From an uncultured Bacilli bacterium (lineage in GTDB: Bacteria > Bacillota_I > Bacilli_A > RFN20 > DUOF01): a stretch of 64,000 bases of DNA. The stretch is taken from assembly GCA_944363575.1 (NCBI GenBank), contig CALVUJ010000010.1, forward strand, positions 19,817-83,816. The letters run 5' to 3'. Positions 48,556 through 60,033 of this stretch are shown piece by piece. The notes beneath the pieces were generated by a model. It did not search any database. It was not told the origin of the DNA and worked only from the letters and a program-made list of their open reading frames with translations. Position 1 is the first letter of the stretch. Each line of letters opens with the position of its first letter. Both the position numbers and the translations under genes were made by a program.

Positions 48556-49743
48556 GTGAAGAAGTTATTTATAGTTATAGTAATATTTGTTTGTTTGATT
48601 AGCGGGTGTAGTTGTAAGCAAGATTATGAGAAGACTTCTATTTATTCTTCTAGTGTTAGAGGGTATTTAACTGCTAGTGATTTAGATTATACGGTAGTAG
48701 ATCCTTTTGGGACTTATCTTAATATTGTAGGGTATGATGAGGAGAAGGTTTTAGGTGTTGAAGAGGAGTTTAATGAGTTAACTAGTAAGTATCATGGGTT
48801 ATTAGATCGTAATTATTATTATAGAGATGAAAAGGGTGTTTTAATTAATAATCTTAAAGTTATTAATGATAGTTATGGTAGTGGTGATAGTGTAATCGTA
48901 GATGATATTTTAATAGAAATTTTAAAAGAAGGTATTAAATATACTAAGTTATCTAATGGGAAGTTTAATATTTTTGTTGGTTCTTTGGTGGATCTTTGGG
49001 ATGAAAGATTTAGTTTTCTTAGTCCTTTATATAAGGTTGATCCTAGTGATAACGAAGTAAGTGAAGCAATGAAATGTGTGTTGAAGGTTAGTGATATTGA
49101 TGAAACTTTTATTATTGATGAAGTTAATAAGAGTGTTACTTTTAAGAAGTTTGGCGAGTGTAGTGAAGGGGCTTCAATTACTTTTGGGGCATTAGGTAAG
49201 AGTTTCTTTTTAGATAAGTTAGTAGGGGAAGAGTCTTTTAAAGATATTGGACCAAGTATATTTAATGCTGGGCAATCAAGTATTATTGTTATGGGAGATA
49301 ATCCTATTAGGAGTGGTGGAGATTGGCATGTAGCGATTAAAAACAGTTATAATGATGATAATTATTTAGCACAGTTAAAGATTGATGGTGGTTTGGCTGT
49401 TTCTACTTCAAGTGGGGATGAAAAGGGATATGTAAATAATGAAAATGTTTTTAGGCATCATATTTTAGATGGTACGAGTGGGTATCCTAATACATATGTA
49501 CTTTCGGCAACAGTAGTGGGGGAGAGTGCAATGGTTATGGATGTTGTTACAACAACACTTATGACTTTAACAAATTTAGAAGAAGTTAAAGCCTTTCTTA
49601 ATTTATTAGGAGAAGATATTAGCGTTTTACTACAAGTGATGGAAGGGGATACTTTTAAGGTTTATATTAATGAAAGTATGAAAAATATTGTTTTAGATAA
49701 TTATAGTTTAATGGAGTTTGAGGAGTTTTCTTATGGAGCTTAA
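48556..49743 (+). CDS. apbE: FAD:protein FMN transferase (ApbE family) lipoprotein.
   Basis: Lipobox LISGC|SC. ApbE-like motifs GALGKSF, AVSTSSGDEKGY and HHILDGTSGYP are present. Confidence 0.75.
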   Translation: MKKLFIVIVIFVCLISGCSCKQDYEKTSIYSSSVRGYLTASDLDYTVVDPFGTYLNIVGYDEEKVLGVEEEFNELTSKYHGLLDRNYYYRDEKGVLINNLKVINDSYGSGDSVIVDDILIEILKEGIKYTKLSNGKFNIFVGSLVDLWDERFSFLSPLYKVDPSDNEVSEAMKCVLKVSDIDETFIIDEVNKSVTFKKFGECSEGASITFGALGKSFFLDKLVGEESFKDIGPSIFNAGQSSIIVMGDNPIRSGGDWHVAIKNSYNDDNYLAQLKIDGGLAVSTSSGDEKGYVNNENVFRHHILDGTSGYPNTYVLSATVVGESAMVMDVVTTTLMTLTNLEEVKAFLNLLGEDISVLLQVMEGDTFKVYINESMKNIVLDNYSLMEFEEFSYGA

Positions 49744-50131
49744 GCATAATAAGTATGATTTTATTATTTATGGTGTGTGTCTTGTTTTGATTGTGTGTTT
49801 GTTAGTTATTTCTAATGTTGTTACGAGTAAAGCTAAGGGTGATATTTTGTATGCGATTGTTACGATTGAGGGTAAGCAAAAGTTTAAGTTAGATATGAAT
49901 GAAGATAGGGAGTTAGTTTTAAGTCCTGAGGAGTATCCTAGTTTGTTAGGAGAAATGATTATTGAGATTAAAGATAAGAAAGTTAGGGTTAAGAAAGAAG
50001 AGTCTCCTTTACATTATTGTTCAATGCAAAGTTGGGTTGATAGTGTAGCAGTTCCAATTGTTTGTTTGCCTAATGAAGTCATTATTACGATTAAAGGTGA
50101 ACAGATTCCTGAAAATGATTGGGAGATGTGA
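49733..50131 (+). CDS. NusG domain II-containing (DUF1312) protein.
   Basis: N-terminal TM helix plus a small beta domain. It has the typical partnership with ApbE and the Gx transporter. Start ATG 49733 is 7 nt after GAGGAG. Confidence 0.55.
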   Translation: MELKHNKYDFIIYGVCLVLIVCLLVISNVVTSKAKGDILYAIVTIEGKQKFKLDMNEDRELVLSPEEYPSLLGEMIIEIKDKKVRVKKEESPLHYCSMQSWVDSVAVPIVCLPNEVIITIKGEQIPENDWEM

Positions 50132-50134
50132 TTT

Positions 50135-50653
50135 ATGAATAAGAAGACAAATAAGATGGTTAAAATGGCTTTGCTACTAGCAATGGCTTTAGTTATCAAT
50201 TATTTAGAATCATTAGTTCCTTTACCTATTCCTATGCCTGGTGTTAGGTTGGGGCTTGCCAATTGTTTAGGGTTAGTGGTTCTTTGTTTGTATAGTGAAA
50301 AAGATTATGTTATTTTTAATGTTTTAAAGGTTGTTCTAGTGGCTTTGCTTAGAACGGGATTTGGTTCATCTTTTTTTATTGGATTAAGTGGGACCTTGCT
50401 TGCTACTATTTTTACTTTATTAACTTATAAGTTTAGTAAAGCTTCTATATATGGGTTATCAGTAGTAGGAGCTGTGTTTCATGCGTTAGGGCAAGTTTTA
50501 ATGGTAATGCTTTTATATAGTAATGTGTATATGATTAATTATTTAGTTGTATTAGAAGTTACTAGTGTTATTAGTGGGCTTCTTACAGCATTTGTTGCGA
50601 GTGTTACGTTGCTTAAATTGCCTAAAAAGATGGTGGAAAATAGTAGATCATAA
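50135..50653 (+). CDS. Gx transporter family protein (heptaprenyl diphosphate synthase component I-like).
   Basis: Small polytopic protein with the Gx motifs, in the conserved ApbE-DUF1312-Gx arrangement. Confidence 0.55.
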   Translation: MNKKTNKMVKMALLLAMALVINYLESLVPLPIPMPGVRLGLANCLGLVVLCLYSEKDYVIFNVLKVVLVALLRTGFGSSFFIGLSGTLLATIFTLLTYKFSKASIYGLSVVGAVFHALGQVLMVMLLYSNVYMINYLVVLEVTSVISGLLTAFVASVTLLKLPKKMVENSRS

Positions 50654-50686
50654 TATAATGATTTGGTTGTTAATGGAGGTGTGTGT

Positions 50687-50932
50687 ATGGAAAAATATGA
50701 GTTTGTACCAAAGGGTGTTTGTTGTAGGAAGATGGTTGTTAGTGTAGATAATGGTATTGTAAGGGATGTAGAGTTTATTGGTGGGTGTCCTGGTAATACT
50801 TTAGGTATTGCATCTTTAATTAAGGGAATGAAAATAGAGGAAGTTGTTAGTAAGTTAGATGGAATTAAGTGTGGGTTTAAAAAGACTTCTTGTCCTAATG
50901 AGCTTGCTAAATTTTTAAAAGATATAAAATAA
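50687..50932 (+). CDS. TSCPD domain protein (TIGR03905-like).
   Basis: The motif GIKCGFKKTSCPNELAKFL is present. RBS GGAGGTG is 7 nt upstream of ATG 50687. Confidence 0.6.
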   Translation: MEKYEFVPKGVCCRKMVVSVDNGIVRDVEFIGGCPGNTLGIASLIKGMKIEEVVSKLDGIKCGFKKTSCPNELAKFLKDIK

Positions 50933-50982
50933 TTTGTTTACAAAATAAAAATAGGCTCATACTTATAAGTAAGGTGAGATAG

Positions 50983-51177
50983 ATGGAAGAAAGAAAAAGA
51001 AGACAAATGAAGTTAGCTAATTTATTTTTAGAGATGGGAATGGATGTTGAGTTGATTGAAAAGATTTCTGGAGTTTCTAAAAAAGAGTTTCTAAATAAAG
51101 AGGAAATTTTGGATGTTCCATTGACATTGATAAATAAGCATAGTAATATGTGTGTAGAAAATAAAAACTCTTATTAA
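50983..51177 (+). CDS. Small hypothetical ORF (64 aa) inside the metK leader region. Possibly not translated.
   Basis: ORF only; weak RBS. Confidence 0.2.
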   Translation: MEERKRRQMKLANLFLEMGMDVELIEKISGVSKKEFLNKEEILDVPLTLINKHSNMCVENKNSY

Positions 51178-51300
51178 GATTTACGTAGGTATAGGGGCCG
51201 TTAAACGTAAGAGCAACCCAAGATATTGAAGGTGCTAACCCAAGCATGTCTAACATGAGCAATAGGAGGAAGTTAATACTGATGATAAACTTCCTTGAAA
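51168..51300 (+). promoter_or_regulatory. Probable SAM-I (S-box) riboswitch upstream of metK.
   Basis: The S-box-like blocks CTTATTAAGA, GCAACC, AAGGTGCTAACCCAAGCA and GATGATAA are present. A hairpin GGAAGTT..AACTTCC lies before the metK RBS. metK is the canonical S-box target in Firmicutes. Confidence 0.45.
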
Positions 51301-51335
51301 AGGGAGTTTTATTTTTTAGAAAAGAGGTATTAATT

Positions 51336-52484
51336 ATGGAAAAAGGAAAAGTATTTACATCAGAAGCTGTTAGTGAAGGGCATCCAGATAAAGTGTGTGA
51401 TCAGATTAGTGATGCGATTTTAATGGAGTGTTTAAAGGTAGATAAGGGAGCACATGTAGCATGTGAAGTGATGATTGGGGAAAATAAGGTTATCATTGGT
51501 GGAGAGGTTACGATGAATGGTAGTGTAGACTATGCAAAGATTGCTAAAGGTGTTTTAAAAGAGATTGGTTATAATAGTTATGAGGATGGTTTTGATACCG
51601 ATAATGCCGAGTATGAAATACTTATAAAGGAGCAATCGAGTGATATTTATAATGCAGTGAATAAAAAAGAGATATGTGCTGGAGATCAAGGAATAATTTT
51701 TGGTTATGCATGTGATGAAACTAAAAATTATATGCCTTTAACACTAGAGATTGCTAATAAGATTTTACTAGTAGCTACTAGGAAGAGAAAAAGTAAAGAG
51801 TTTAAGTGGGCTAAACCGGATATGAAATCGCAAGTTAGTATTGAATATGGTGATATAAATAGGATAGATACAGTACTTGTTTCTATTCAACATAGTGAAG
51901 ATTTTATAGAAGAAGAGTTTAGAAAATATATTAAAGAAGAGATAGTTGAAGAAGTTTTGAATGAATATGATTTAAAGAAAGATGATTATCGTTTAATTAT
52001 TAATCCTTCTGGGCGTTTTGTTATTGGTGGTCCTAGAGGCGATTTTGGGTTAACTGGAAGAAAAATTATTGTTGATACGTATGGTGGTAGAGGGCGTCAT
52101 GGTGGTGGTGCTTTTAGTGGTAAGGATCCTACGAAGGTTGATAGGAGTGCGGCGTATTATGCTAGATATGTTGCTAAAAATATTGTGGCAAGTGGGTTAG
52201 CCAAAGAGTGTGAAATACAGGTAGGGTATGCGATTGGGATGTGTGATCCTGTTTCTTTAAATGTTTTTACCTATAATACTGGTATTGTTAGTGATATAGA
52301 GATTTGTAAGATGGTTAAAGAGATGTTTGATTTTAGACCTGGAAATATTATTAAAGAATTAGATTTATTAAATATTAATTATAGGGAATGTGCTAGAGGG
52401 GGACATTTTGGTAAGGAAAATATGGATTTTCCATATGAAAGATTAGATAGAGTTAAGGAAATAAAAAAATATTTTAATCTTTAA
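51336..52484 (+). CDS. metK: S-adenosylmethionine synthetase.
   Basis: The motifs MEKGKVFTSEAVSEGHPDKVCDQISDAI and GGGAFSGKD are present. The ORF-track N-terminal extension was rejected. Confidence 0.9.
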   Translation: MEKGKVFTSEAVSEGHPDKVCDQISDAILMECLKVDKGAHVACEVMIGENKVIIGGEVTMNGSVDYAKIAKGVLKEIGYNSYEDGFDTDNAEYEILIKEQSSDIYNAVNKKEICAGDQGIIFGYACDETKNYMPLTLEIANKILLVATRKRKSKEFKWAKPDMKSQVSIEYGDINRIDTVLVSIQHSEDFIEEEFRKYIKEEIVEEVLNEYDLKKDDYRLIINPSGRFVIGGPRGDFGLTGRKIIVDTYGGRGRHGGGAFSGKDPTKVDRSAAYYARYVAKNIVASGLAKECEIQVGYAIGMCDPVSLNVFTYNTGIVSDIEICKMVKEMFDFRPGNIIKELDLLNINYRECARGGHFGKENMDFPYERLDRVKEIKKYFNL

Positions 52485-52554
52485 TTATTTATAAATATTG
52501 TATTAAAATTTTGTTTATGTTAAGATTACTATGCTTAGTTAAGGAGGAAGAATT

Positions 52555-53088
52555 ATGAAGTATCAAGTAGTTGGCAAGAATATTGAAGTAACTGAGGCAA
52601 TGAAGAATGTTATTGAATCTAAGTTAAAGGTATTAGAAAAGTTTTTTATCGTTGGTGATGATGTAGAGTGTAGAGTTTTAGTTAGAACTTATAAGGTAGG
52701 TCAAAAGATTGAGGTTACTATTCCTACGAAGGTTGCTGTTTTAAGGGCAGAAGTTATCAACGAGAATATTTATAATGGGGTTGATGAAGCTGTTGAGAAG
52801 TTAGAGTCTCAACTTAGAAAAGCAAAGACTAAAATGAATAGAAAAAATAAAGAACATTTAGGTACTGTTTTAGCATTAGATGAAATTCAAGATGAGAAAA
52901 AGGATGAGAAAGAGATTTTAGTTAAGACTAAGGTTATTAGTGTTGAAGTTATGGATTTAGATCAAGCTATTGCTAATATGACGATGTTAGGGCATGATTT
53001 CTATATTTATAAAGATAGTGAAAATGAAAACTATGCAGTTGTTTATAGACGTAGAAATGGCGGATACGGTTTAATTGAGGTTGAATAA
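52555..53088 (+). CDS. hpf: Ribosome hibernation promoting factor, long form.
   Basis: The N-terminus MKYQVVGKNIEVTEAMKNVIESKL matches HPF, with the C-terminal dimerisation domain. RBS AAGGAGG. Confidence 0.85.
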   Translation: MKYQVVGKNIEVTEAMKNVIESKLKVLEKFFIVGDDVECRVLVRTYKVGQKIEVTIPTKVAVLRAEVINENIYNGVDEAVEKLESQLRKAKTKMNRKNKEHLGTVLALDEIQDEKKDEKEILVKTKVISVEVMDLDQAIANMTMLGHDFYIYKDSENENYAVVYRRRNGGYGLIEVE

Positions 53089-53089
53089 A

Positions 53090-53147
53090 AAGAGAATCTA
53101 ATGATTCTTTTTTTTTATTAAAAAAAGCATCTTTTGATGCTTTTTGT
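53090..53147. terminator. Two back-to-back terminator hairpins, one for hpf (+) and one for the convergent minus-strand gene. They are AGAATC-taatg-GATTCT-T9 and AAGCATC-tttt-GATGCTT-T4.
   Basis: Hairpins plus T-runs read directly from the sequence. Confidence 0.7.
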
Positions 53148-53543
53148 TTATTCTAATATTGAATCAAGCATTGATTCAAGTTCGTTTCTTAGTTCAGGAT
53201 TATTTAGGGCGATAATAATAAATATTATACAAAATATGAATGCGATGATTAGAAAAATTAACATGGCTCTAGAATATGTTTTTAGGGTGTTATCAGTAGA
53301 AGTAAAGGCCCATTTTATTAATAGTACTATATAGGCAATATTTCCAACGATTGGGATAGCATTTAGTAAGTGAAAACCAATCCATTTCATTGTTGTCATT
53401 GGTGTTTCGGTAATGTTAGGGTTTTCCTCTTTAATATATTTAGTTTGGGTATCGTATTTTTCTACTGGAGCACCACAAAAAGCACAATTGCTAGCGTAAC
53501 TTTCTAATTTTCCTCCACATTTTTTGCAATACATGGTAATCAC
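53148..53543 (-). CDS. Zinc-ribbon membrane protein. N-terminal CxxC..CxxC ribbon plus two TM helices.
   Basis: The translation begins MYCKKCGGKLESYASNCAFCGAPVE and is followed by hydrophobic helices. RBS GGAAGTG. Confidence 0.5.
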   Translation of the reverse strand: MITMYCKKCGGKLESYASNCAFCGAPVEKYDTQTKYIKEENPNITETPMTTMKWIGFHLLNAIPIVGNIAYIVLLIKWAFTSTDNTLKTYSRAMLIFLIIAFIFCIIFIIIALNNPELRNELESMLDSILE

Positions 53544-53699
53544 TTCCTTTTCTTTATTATAGTAATTTAATTTTTAATAATCAATTAAAAAGGACATTGA
53601 TGTTAGTTTGAATTAAAAATATAAATTAAATTATAGGGAAAAATATTTATTAATAGTATAATTTAAGTAGTTATAAATATTTTATAGGAGGAATGCTAA

Positions 53700-56029
<2,330 letters not shown>

Positions 56030-56044
56030 GAGAGGAGGGATATC

Positions 56045-57472
56045 ATGTATGATGTAATTGTCATTGGAGCAGGTGTTATTGGTGGATGTGTTGCTAGAGA
56101 GTTAGCAAGATATAAGGCTAAAGTTCTTGTTTTAGATAAAGAGAATGATGTTGGTAATGTTACTTCAATGGCTAATAGTGCGATTGTGCATTCAGGGTAT
56201 GATCCTAAACCAGGTACTAATAAAGCGAAGTATAATGTTTTGGGTAATAAGATGTATGATTTGTTAACTAAGGAATTAGATGTAGAATTTAAAAGGATTG
56301 GTTCTCTTACATGTGCGACTAATGAAGAAGAGTTAGAAATCATTAAAAGTTTTGTTAGTAGGGCAAATGATAATGGTGTAGAAGTTAAGATTTTAAATCA
56401 GGAAGAGACAAGGAAGATAGAGCCGTTTGTTAGTGATAGTGTTGTAGGGTCTTTGTATGCTCCTAGTGCGGGTATTATTAATCCTTTTGAATTGTGTGTA
56501 GGTTTGTTTGAGAATGCTTTGGATAATGGGGTTGAGTTATTATTAAATGAAGAAGTAGTAAGTATTGAAAGATTGACTAATAGGTTTGTTGTAAGGACAA
56601 AAGATAAGGAGTTTGAAACTAGGGTAGTTGTTAACGCGGCAGGTTTATATAGTGATAAAATTGCGAAGATGGTAGGGATTGATTACTTTAACATTACTCC
56701 TCGTAAAGGTGAGTATTTTGTTTTGGATCATTTTGAAAAACCTTTTGTTAGTCATGTTATTTTTCCTGTTCCTAGTGAAAAGGGTAAGGGTATTTTAGTT
56801 ACTCCTACGACGCATAATAATTACTTGTTAGGCCCTAGTAGTGAATTTGTTGAGGATAAGAGTGATTTATCTACAGATAAACCTACATTAGATAATGTAA
56901 GGGTGAATGCTAGTAAGTTAGTTAAAAATATTCCTTTTAATTATATTATTAGGCAATTTAGTGGGCTTAGAGCTACTGGTTCTACACATGATTTTATTAT
57001 AGATGAGAGAGATGGGTTTATTACTTTAGGAGGGATTGAATCTCCAGGTTTAGCAAGTGCTCCTGCGATTGGAAAAGAAGCTGTTAGGTTAGTTAATAGT
57101 GTTTTACATTTAGAAACTAATCCTTATTTTAATCCGTTTAGAAGAAAAGTAATAAGACTTAAAAAGATGAGTATAGAAGAGCGTAATGATTTGATTAAGC
57201 AAGATCCTTCTTTTGGGCATATTGTTTGTAGGTGTGAAGGTGTTAGTGAAGGAGAAGTTGTTGATTGTATTCGTCGTAATGCTGGAGCAAGAACAATTAA
57301 GGGTGTTAAGAAACGATGTAGGCCAGGGTTTGGTAAGTGTCAAGGAGGGTTTTGTGAACCTTTAATTATGGAAATACTTGCTAGAGAACTTAATTTGGAT
57401 CCTTTAAATGTGCGTTATGATTCTGTAAAATCGTATATTTTACAGAGTGAGACAAAGGAAGGTGATAAATAA
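56045..57472 (+). CDS. FAD-dependent glycerol-3-phosphate dehydrogenase-like oxidoreductase with a C-terminal BFD-like [2Fe-2S] domain.
   Basis: The FAD-binding GxGxxG site (IVIGAGVIGG) and the C-terminal motifs CRCEGVSEGEV and CRPGFGKCQGGFC are present. It sits in glpK context. Confidence 0.7.
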   Translation: MYDVIVIGAGVIGGCVARELARYKAKVLVLDKENDVGNVTSMANSAIVHSGYDPKPGTNKAKYNVLGNKMYDLLTKELDVEFKRIGSLTCATNEEELEIIKSFVSRANDNGVEVKILNQEETRKIEPFVSDSVVGSLYAPSAGIINPFELCVGLFENALDNGVELLLNEEVVSIERLTNRFVVRTKDKEFETRVVVNAAGLYSDKIAKMVGIDYFNITPRKGEYFVLDHFEKPFVSHVIFPVPSEKGKGILVTPTTHNNYLLGPSSEFVEDKSDLSTDKPTLDNVRVNASKLVKNIPFNYIIRQFSGLRATGSTHDFIIDERDGFITLGGIESPGLASAPAIGKEAVRLVNSVLHLETNPYFNPFRRKVIRLKKMSIEERNDLIKQDPSFGHIVCRCEGVSEGEVVDCIRRNAGARTIKGVKKRCRPGFGKCQGGFCEPLIMEILARELNLDPLNVRYDSVKSYILQSETKEGDK

Positions 57473-58725
57473 TGAAAGAGTATGATTTAGTTGTTGTTGG
57501 GGGCGGAAGTGCAGGGCTTGCAGCCTCTATTGCGGCATATGAAGATGGTGTTAAAAGTATTCTTTTATTAGAAAAAGAAAAGTTTTTAGGGGGAATTTTA
57601 CTTCAGTGTATACATAATGGATTTGGTTTACACGAGTTTAATGAACAGTTAGCAGGGCCGGAGTATGCGCAGAGATTTGTCGATAAGTTTATGAGTTATG
57701 GTATTGAGTATAAGGTTGATACGATGGTTTTAGGTATTAATGAAGATAAAAGTATTATTTATTCTAATAAAGAAGATGGGTATTCTATTGTTAAGGCTAA
57801 AGCGATTATTATGTCTACGGGGTGCAGTGAAAGAACAAGAGGAGCGATTGCAATTCCTGGTAGTAGACCTAGTGGTATTTTAACAGCAGGGTTAGCTCAA
57901 AGATATTTGAATATTGATGGGTATTTAGTAGGTAAGAGAGTGTTTATTTTAGGTAGCGGTGATATTGGGTTAATTATGGCTAGAAGGATGACTTTAGAAG
58001 GTGCTAAAGTTTTAGGAGTAGCGGAGCTTATGCCTTATTCTAATGGGCTAAATCGTAATATTGTTCAGTGCTTACATGATTTTGATATACCATTATATTT
58101 ATCACATACTGTTAGTAATATTATTGGGAAGGATCATTTAGAGAAGATTGTAGTTAGTAAAGTAGATGATAAAATGAATTTTATTGAGGGTAGTGAGATG
58201 GAATTTGAGGTTGATACTTTATTGTTATCAGTAGGGTTATTGCCTTCAAATGTTTTGTTGGAAGATATGGGTATGGAGATGTCTTCTACTAGAGGGCCAA
58301 AAGTTAATGAGATGATGGAAACTTGTAAGGAAGGTATTTTTGCTTGTGGTAATAGTTTGCATGTGCATGATTTGGTTGATTTTGTTACGAAGGAGGGAAG
58401 AGAAGCTGGTAAGGGTGCTAGTAGGTATTTAAAAGGCTTAGTTACAAGAAATGAAGAGTGTTTAGAGTGTGTAGCAGGTGATGGTATTAGTTATGTTATT
58501 CCTCAATATGTTCATGTTAGTAATGTTGATGATAATGTGGAGTTTAAGTTTAGGGTTAGAAGTCCTATGGAAAATAAGAAAATTGTTATTAAAATTAATG
58601 ATCAAGTTATTAAAAGTGTTGTTAAACTTCATTTGTTACCAGCAGAAATGGAAACTGTTGTTGTTAAAAAGGGCGAGTTTACAAGTAATAATGGGAAGTT
58701 AGTTATAGAAGTGGAGGAGAGATAA
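57472..58725 (+). CDS. NAD(P)/FAD-dependent oxidoreductase (pyridine nucleotide-disulfide family).
   Basis: Two Rossmann motifs are present: VVGGGSAGLA and ILGSGDIGL. Confidence 0.7.
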   Translation: MKEYDLVVVGGGSAGLAASIAAYEDGVKSILLLEKEKFLGGILLQCIHNGFGLHEFNEQLAGPEYAQRFVDKFMSYGIEYKVDTMVLGINEDKSIIYSNKEDGYSIVKAKAIIMSTGCSERTRGAIAIPGSRPSGILTAGLAQRYLNIDGYLVGKRVFILGSGDIGLIMARRMTLEGAKVLGVAELMPYSNGLNRNIVQCLHDFDIPLYLSHTVSNIIGKDHLEKIVVSKVDDKMNFIEGSEMEFEVDTLLLSVGLLPSNVLLEDMGMEMSSTRGPKVNEMMETCKEGIFACGNSLHVHDLVDFVTKEGREAGKGASRYLKGLVTRNEECLECVAGDGISYVIPQYVHVSNVDDNVEFKFRVRSPMENKKIVIKINDQVIKSVVKLHLLPAEMETVVVKKGEFTSNNGKLVIEVEER

Positions 58726-58726
58726 A

Positions 58727-59071
58727 ATGAAAGAGTTTATTTGTATTGTTTGTCCTAGAGGGTGTCATTTGAAGGTTGATGATGATGGTAATGTAACTGG
58801 TAATAGTTGTATTAGAGGAGAAAAGTATGGTAAGCAAGAAGCTATTGATCCTAGAAGAACGTTGACATCAACGGTTAAGATTAAATCTGAGTTAGTTAGG
58901 AGATTGCCTGTTGTTAGTAGCGAGGAAATTCCTAAGGATAAAGTTAAAGAGGTGGTGCGTTGTTTGGATAGTGTTGAAGTGAGTGCACCAATAAAAGTTA
59001 AAGATGTTATTGTTAAGAATGTGATGGGGCTTGGTGTAGATATTGTGGCTACTAGAACTATTGAAAAATAA
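58727..59071 (+). CDS. DUF1667 domain protein.
   Basis: The N-terminus ICIVCPRGCHLKV is DUF1667-like. It forms the typical trio with the two preceding oxidoreductases. Confidence 0.65.
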   Translation: MKEFICIVCPRGCHLKVDDDGNVTGNSCIRGEKYGKQEAIDPRRTLTSTVKIKSELVRRLPVVSSEEIPKDKVKEVVRCLDSVEVSAPIKVKDVIVKNVMGLGVDIVATRTIEK

Positions 59072-59098
59072 AAGATGTTAAAGAGAGGGGTAAAATAA

Positions 59099-59515
59099 AT
59101 GAATAGTGGACAGATTGTTAGAAGAAATATTGCTCATTTAGGAATCATTTTAGGGAATTTAGGAGCAGTAGGTACGATTATGTTAATAGGGTCAATTAGT
59201 GGAATATTTTTTATTCTTATTTCTTATGTGTTTCTTCTTCTTATTGCGATATTGCTTGTGGGGATACCTTTGACTATTCCTGGATATAGGGCTTTTTTGA
59301 AGTTTGATAATTATGAGCCTATTCTTAATTTTTTGATAGCTTCAGTTCCTTATGTTGCTTCTATTACAGCGATTTTATTAGTTGCTGCGATAGTGTGTAT
59401 GCTTATGGATCCAACATGGAAGAAGGTTAAATGGAGGCTTATTTTAATAGGGGTGGTTTTTGTTGTTTTTGTAATTGCAGTAGTAGTGGCAATAGTTAAG
59501 GAGAATGTAGGATGA
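59099..59515 (+). CDS. Membrane protein (4 TM), hypothetical.
   Basis: Assigned from hydrophobicity alone. Confidence 0.45.
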   Translation: MNSGQIVRRNIAHLGIILGNLGAVGTIMLIGSISGIFFILISYVFLLLIAILLVGIPLTIPGYRAFLKFDNYEPILNFLIASVPYVASITAILLVAAIVCMLMDPTWKKVKWRLILIGVVFVVFVIAVVVAIVKENVG

Positions 59516-60015
59516 AAAGATTAAAATTAAAGATTATTAAAAATTTAAATTATGATCCAATTGTTATAGTGGATAATAAGCTTATTCGTTTAAAGAAGAA
59601 TAGTTATGGAAATAATATCGTGGATATTACTAGTGAGACAGGTGTTGTTAATTTAAAGATTAAGAATTATCATGAAGTAGAGACTGTAACTGGGTTAGTG
59701 ATGGCGATGATTTTTTATGTTATTAGTCTTTTTGGAATTTTTGATATACGATATGGTAAGAAATTTGCGCATATTAATTATGATGGGAATATTACGTTGA
59801 ATAAAGATGAAAATGAATTGACCGTTACTATTTTTCAGATGAAGGATGGGGCGAAAGCTTTGTCTTTTAAGGGAGATTGTGAAGTTGATGATAATGAGAG
59901 TAATATTTATGTTTTAGATAAAAAATTAGCTACTCATTTGCAAATTTTTAAAATATTTAAGATTAGTTTCTTTTTACTTGTGCTTATTAGTATTATAATA
60001 ATAGTAATTATTTAG
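59512..60015 (+). CDS. Hypothetical protein with a central TM helix and a C-terminal TM helix.
   Basis: The 4-bp overlap with the previous gene suggests an operon. Confidence 0.4.
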   Translation: MKRLKLKIIKNLNYDPIVIVDNKLIRLKKNSYGNNIVDITSETGVVNLKIKNYHEVETVTGLVMAMIFYVISLFGIFDIRYGKKFAHINYDGNITLNKDENELTVTIFQMKDGAKALSFKGDCEVDDNESNIYVLDKKLATHLQIFKIFKISFFLLVLISIIIIVII

Positions 60016-60033
60016 AGTTTTGGAGGGGATAGT

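Noticed and set aside
50014-50747. ORFs 50014-50199 (minus) and 50565-50747 (plus) overlapping DUF1312, Gx transporter and TSCPD genes.
   Set aside because: Overlap with better-supported genes, and no RBS.
51077-51335. Minus-strand ORF 51077-51262 and the N-terminal 30 aa of the metK ORF-track model (51246-51335).
   Set aside because: The region is the probable SAM riboswitch/leader. metK starts at the conserved MEKGKVFTSE with RBS AGAGG.
53134-53334. 66-aa plus-strand ORF opposite the zinc-ribbon membrane protein gene.
   Set aside because: It starts inside the hpf terminators. The minus-strand gene has an RBS, a zinc ribbon and TM helices.
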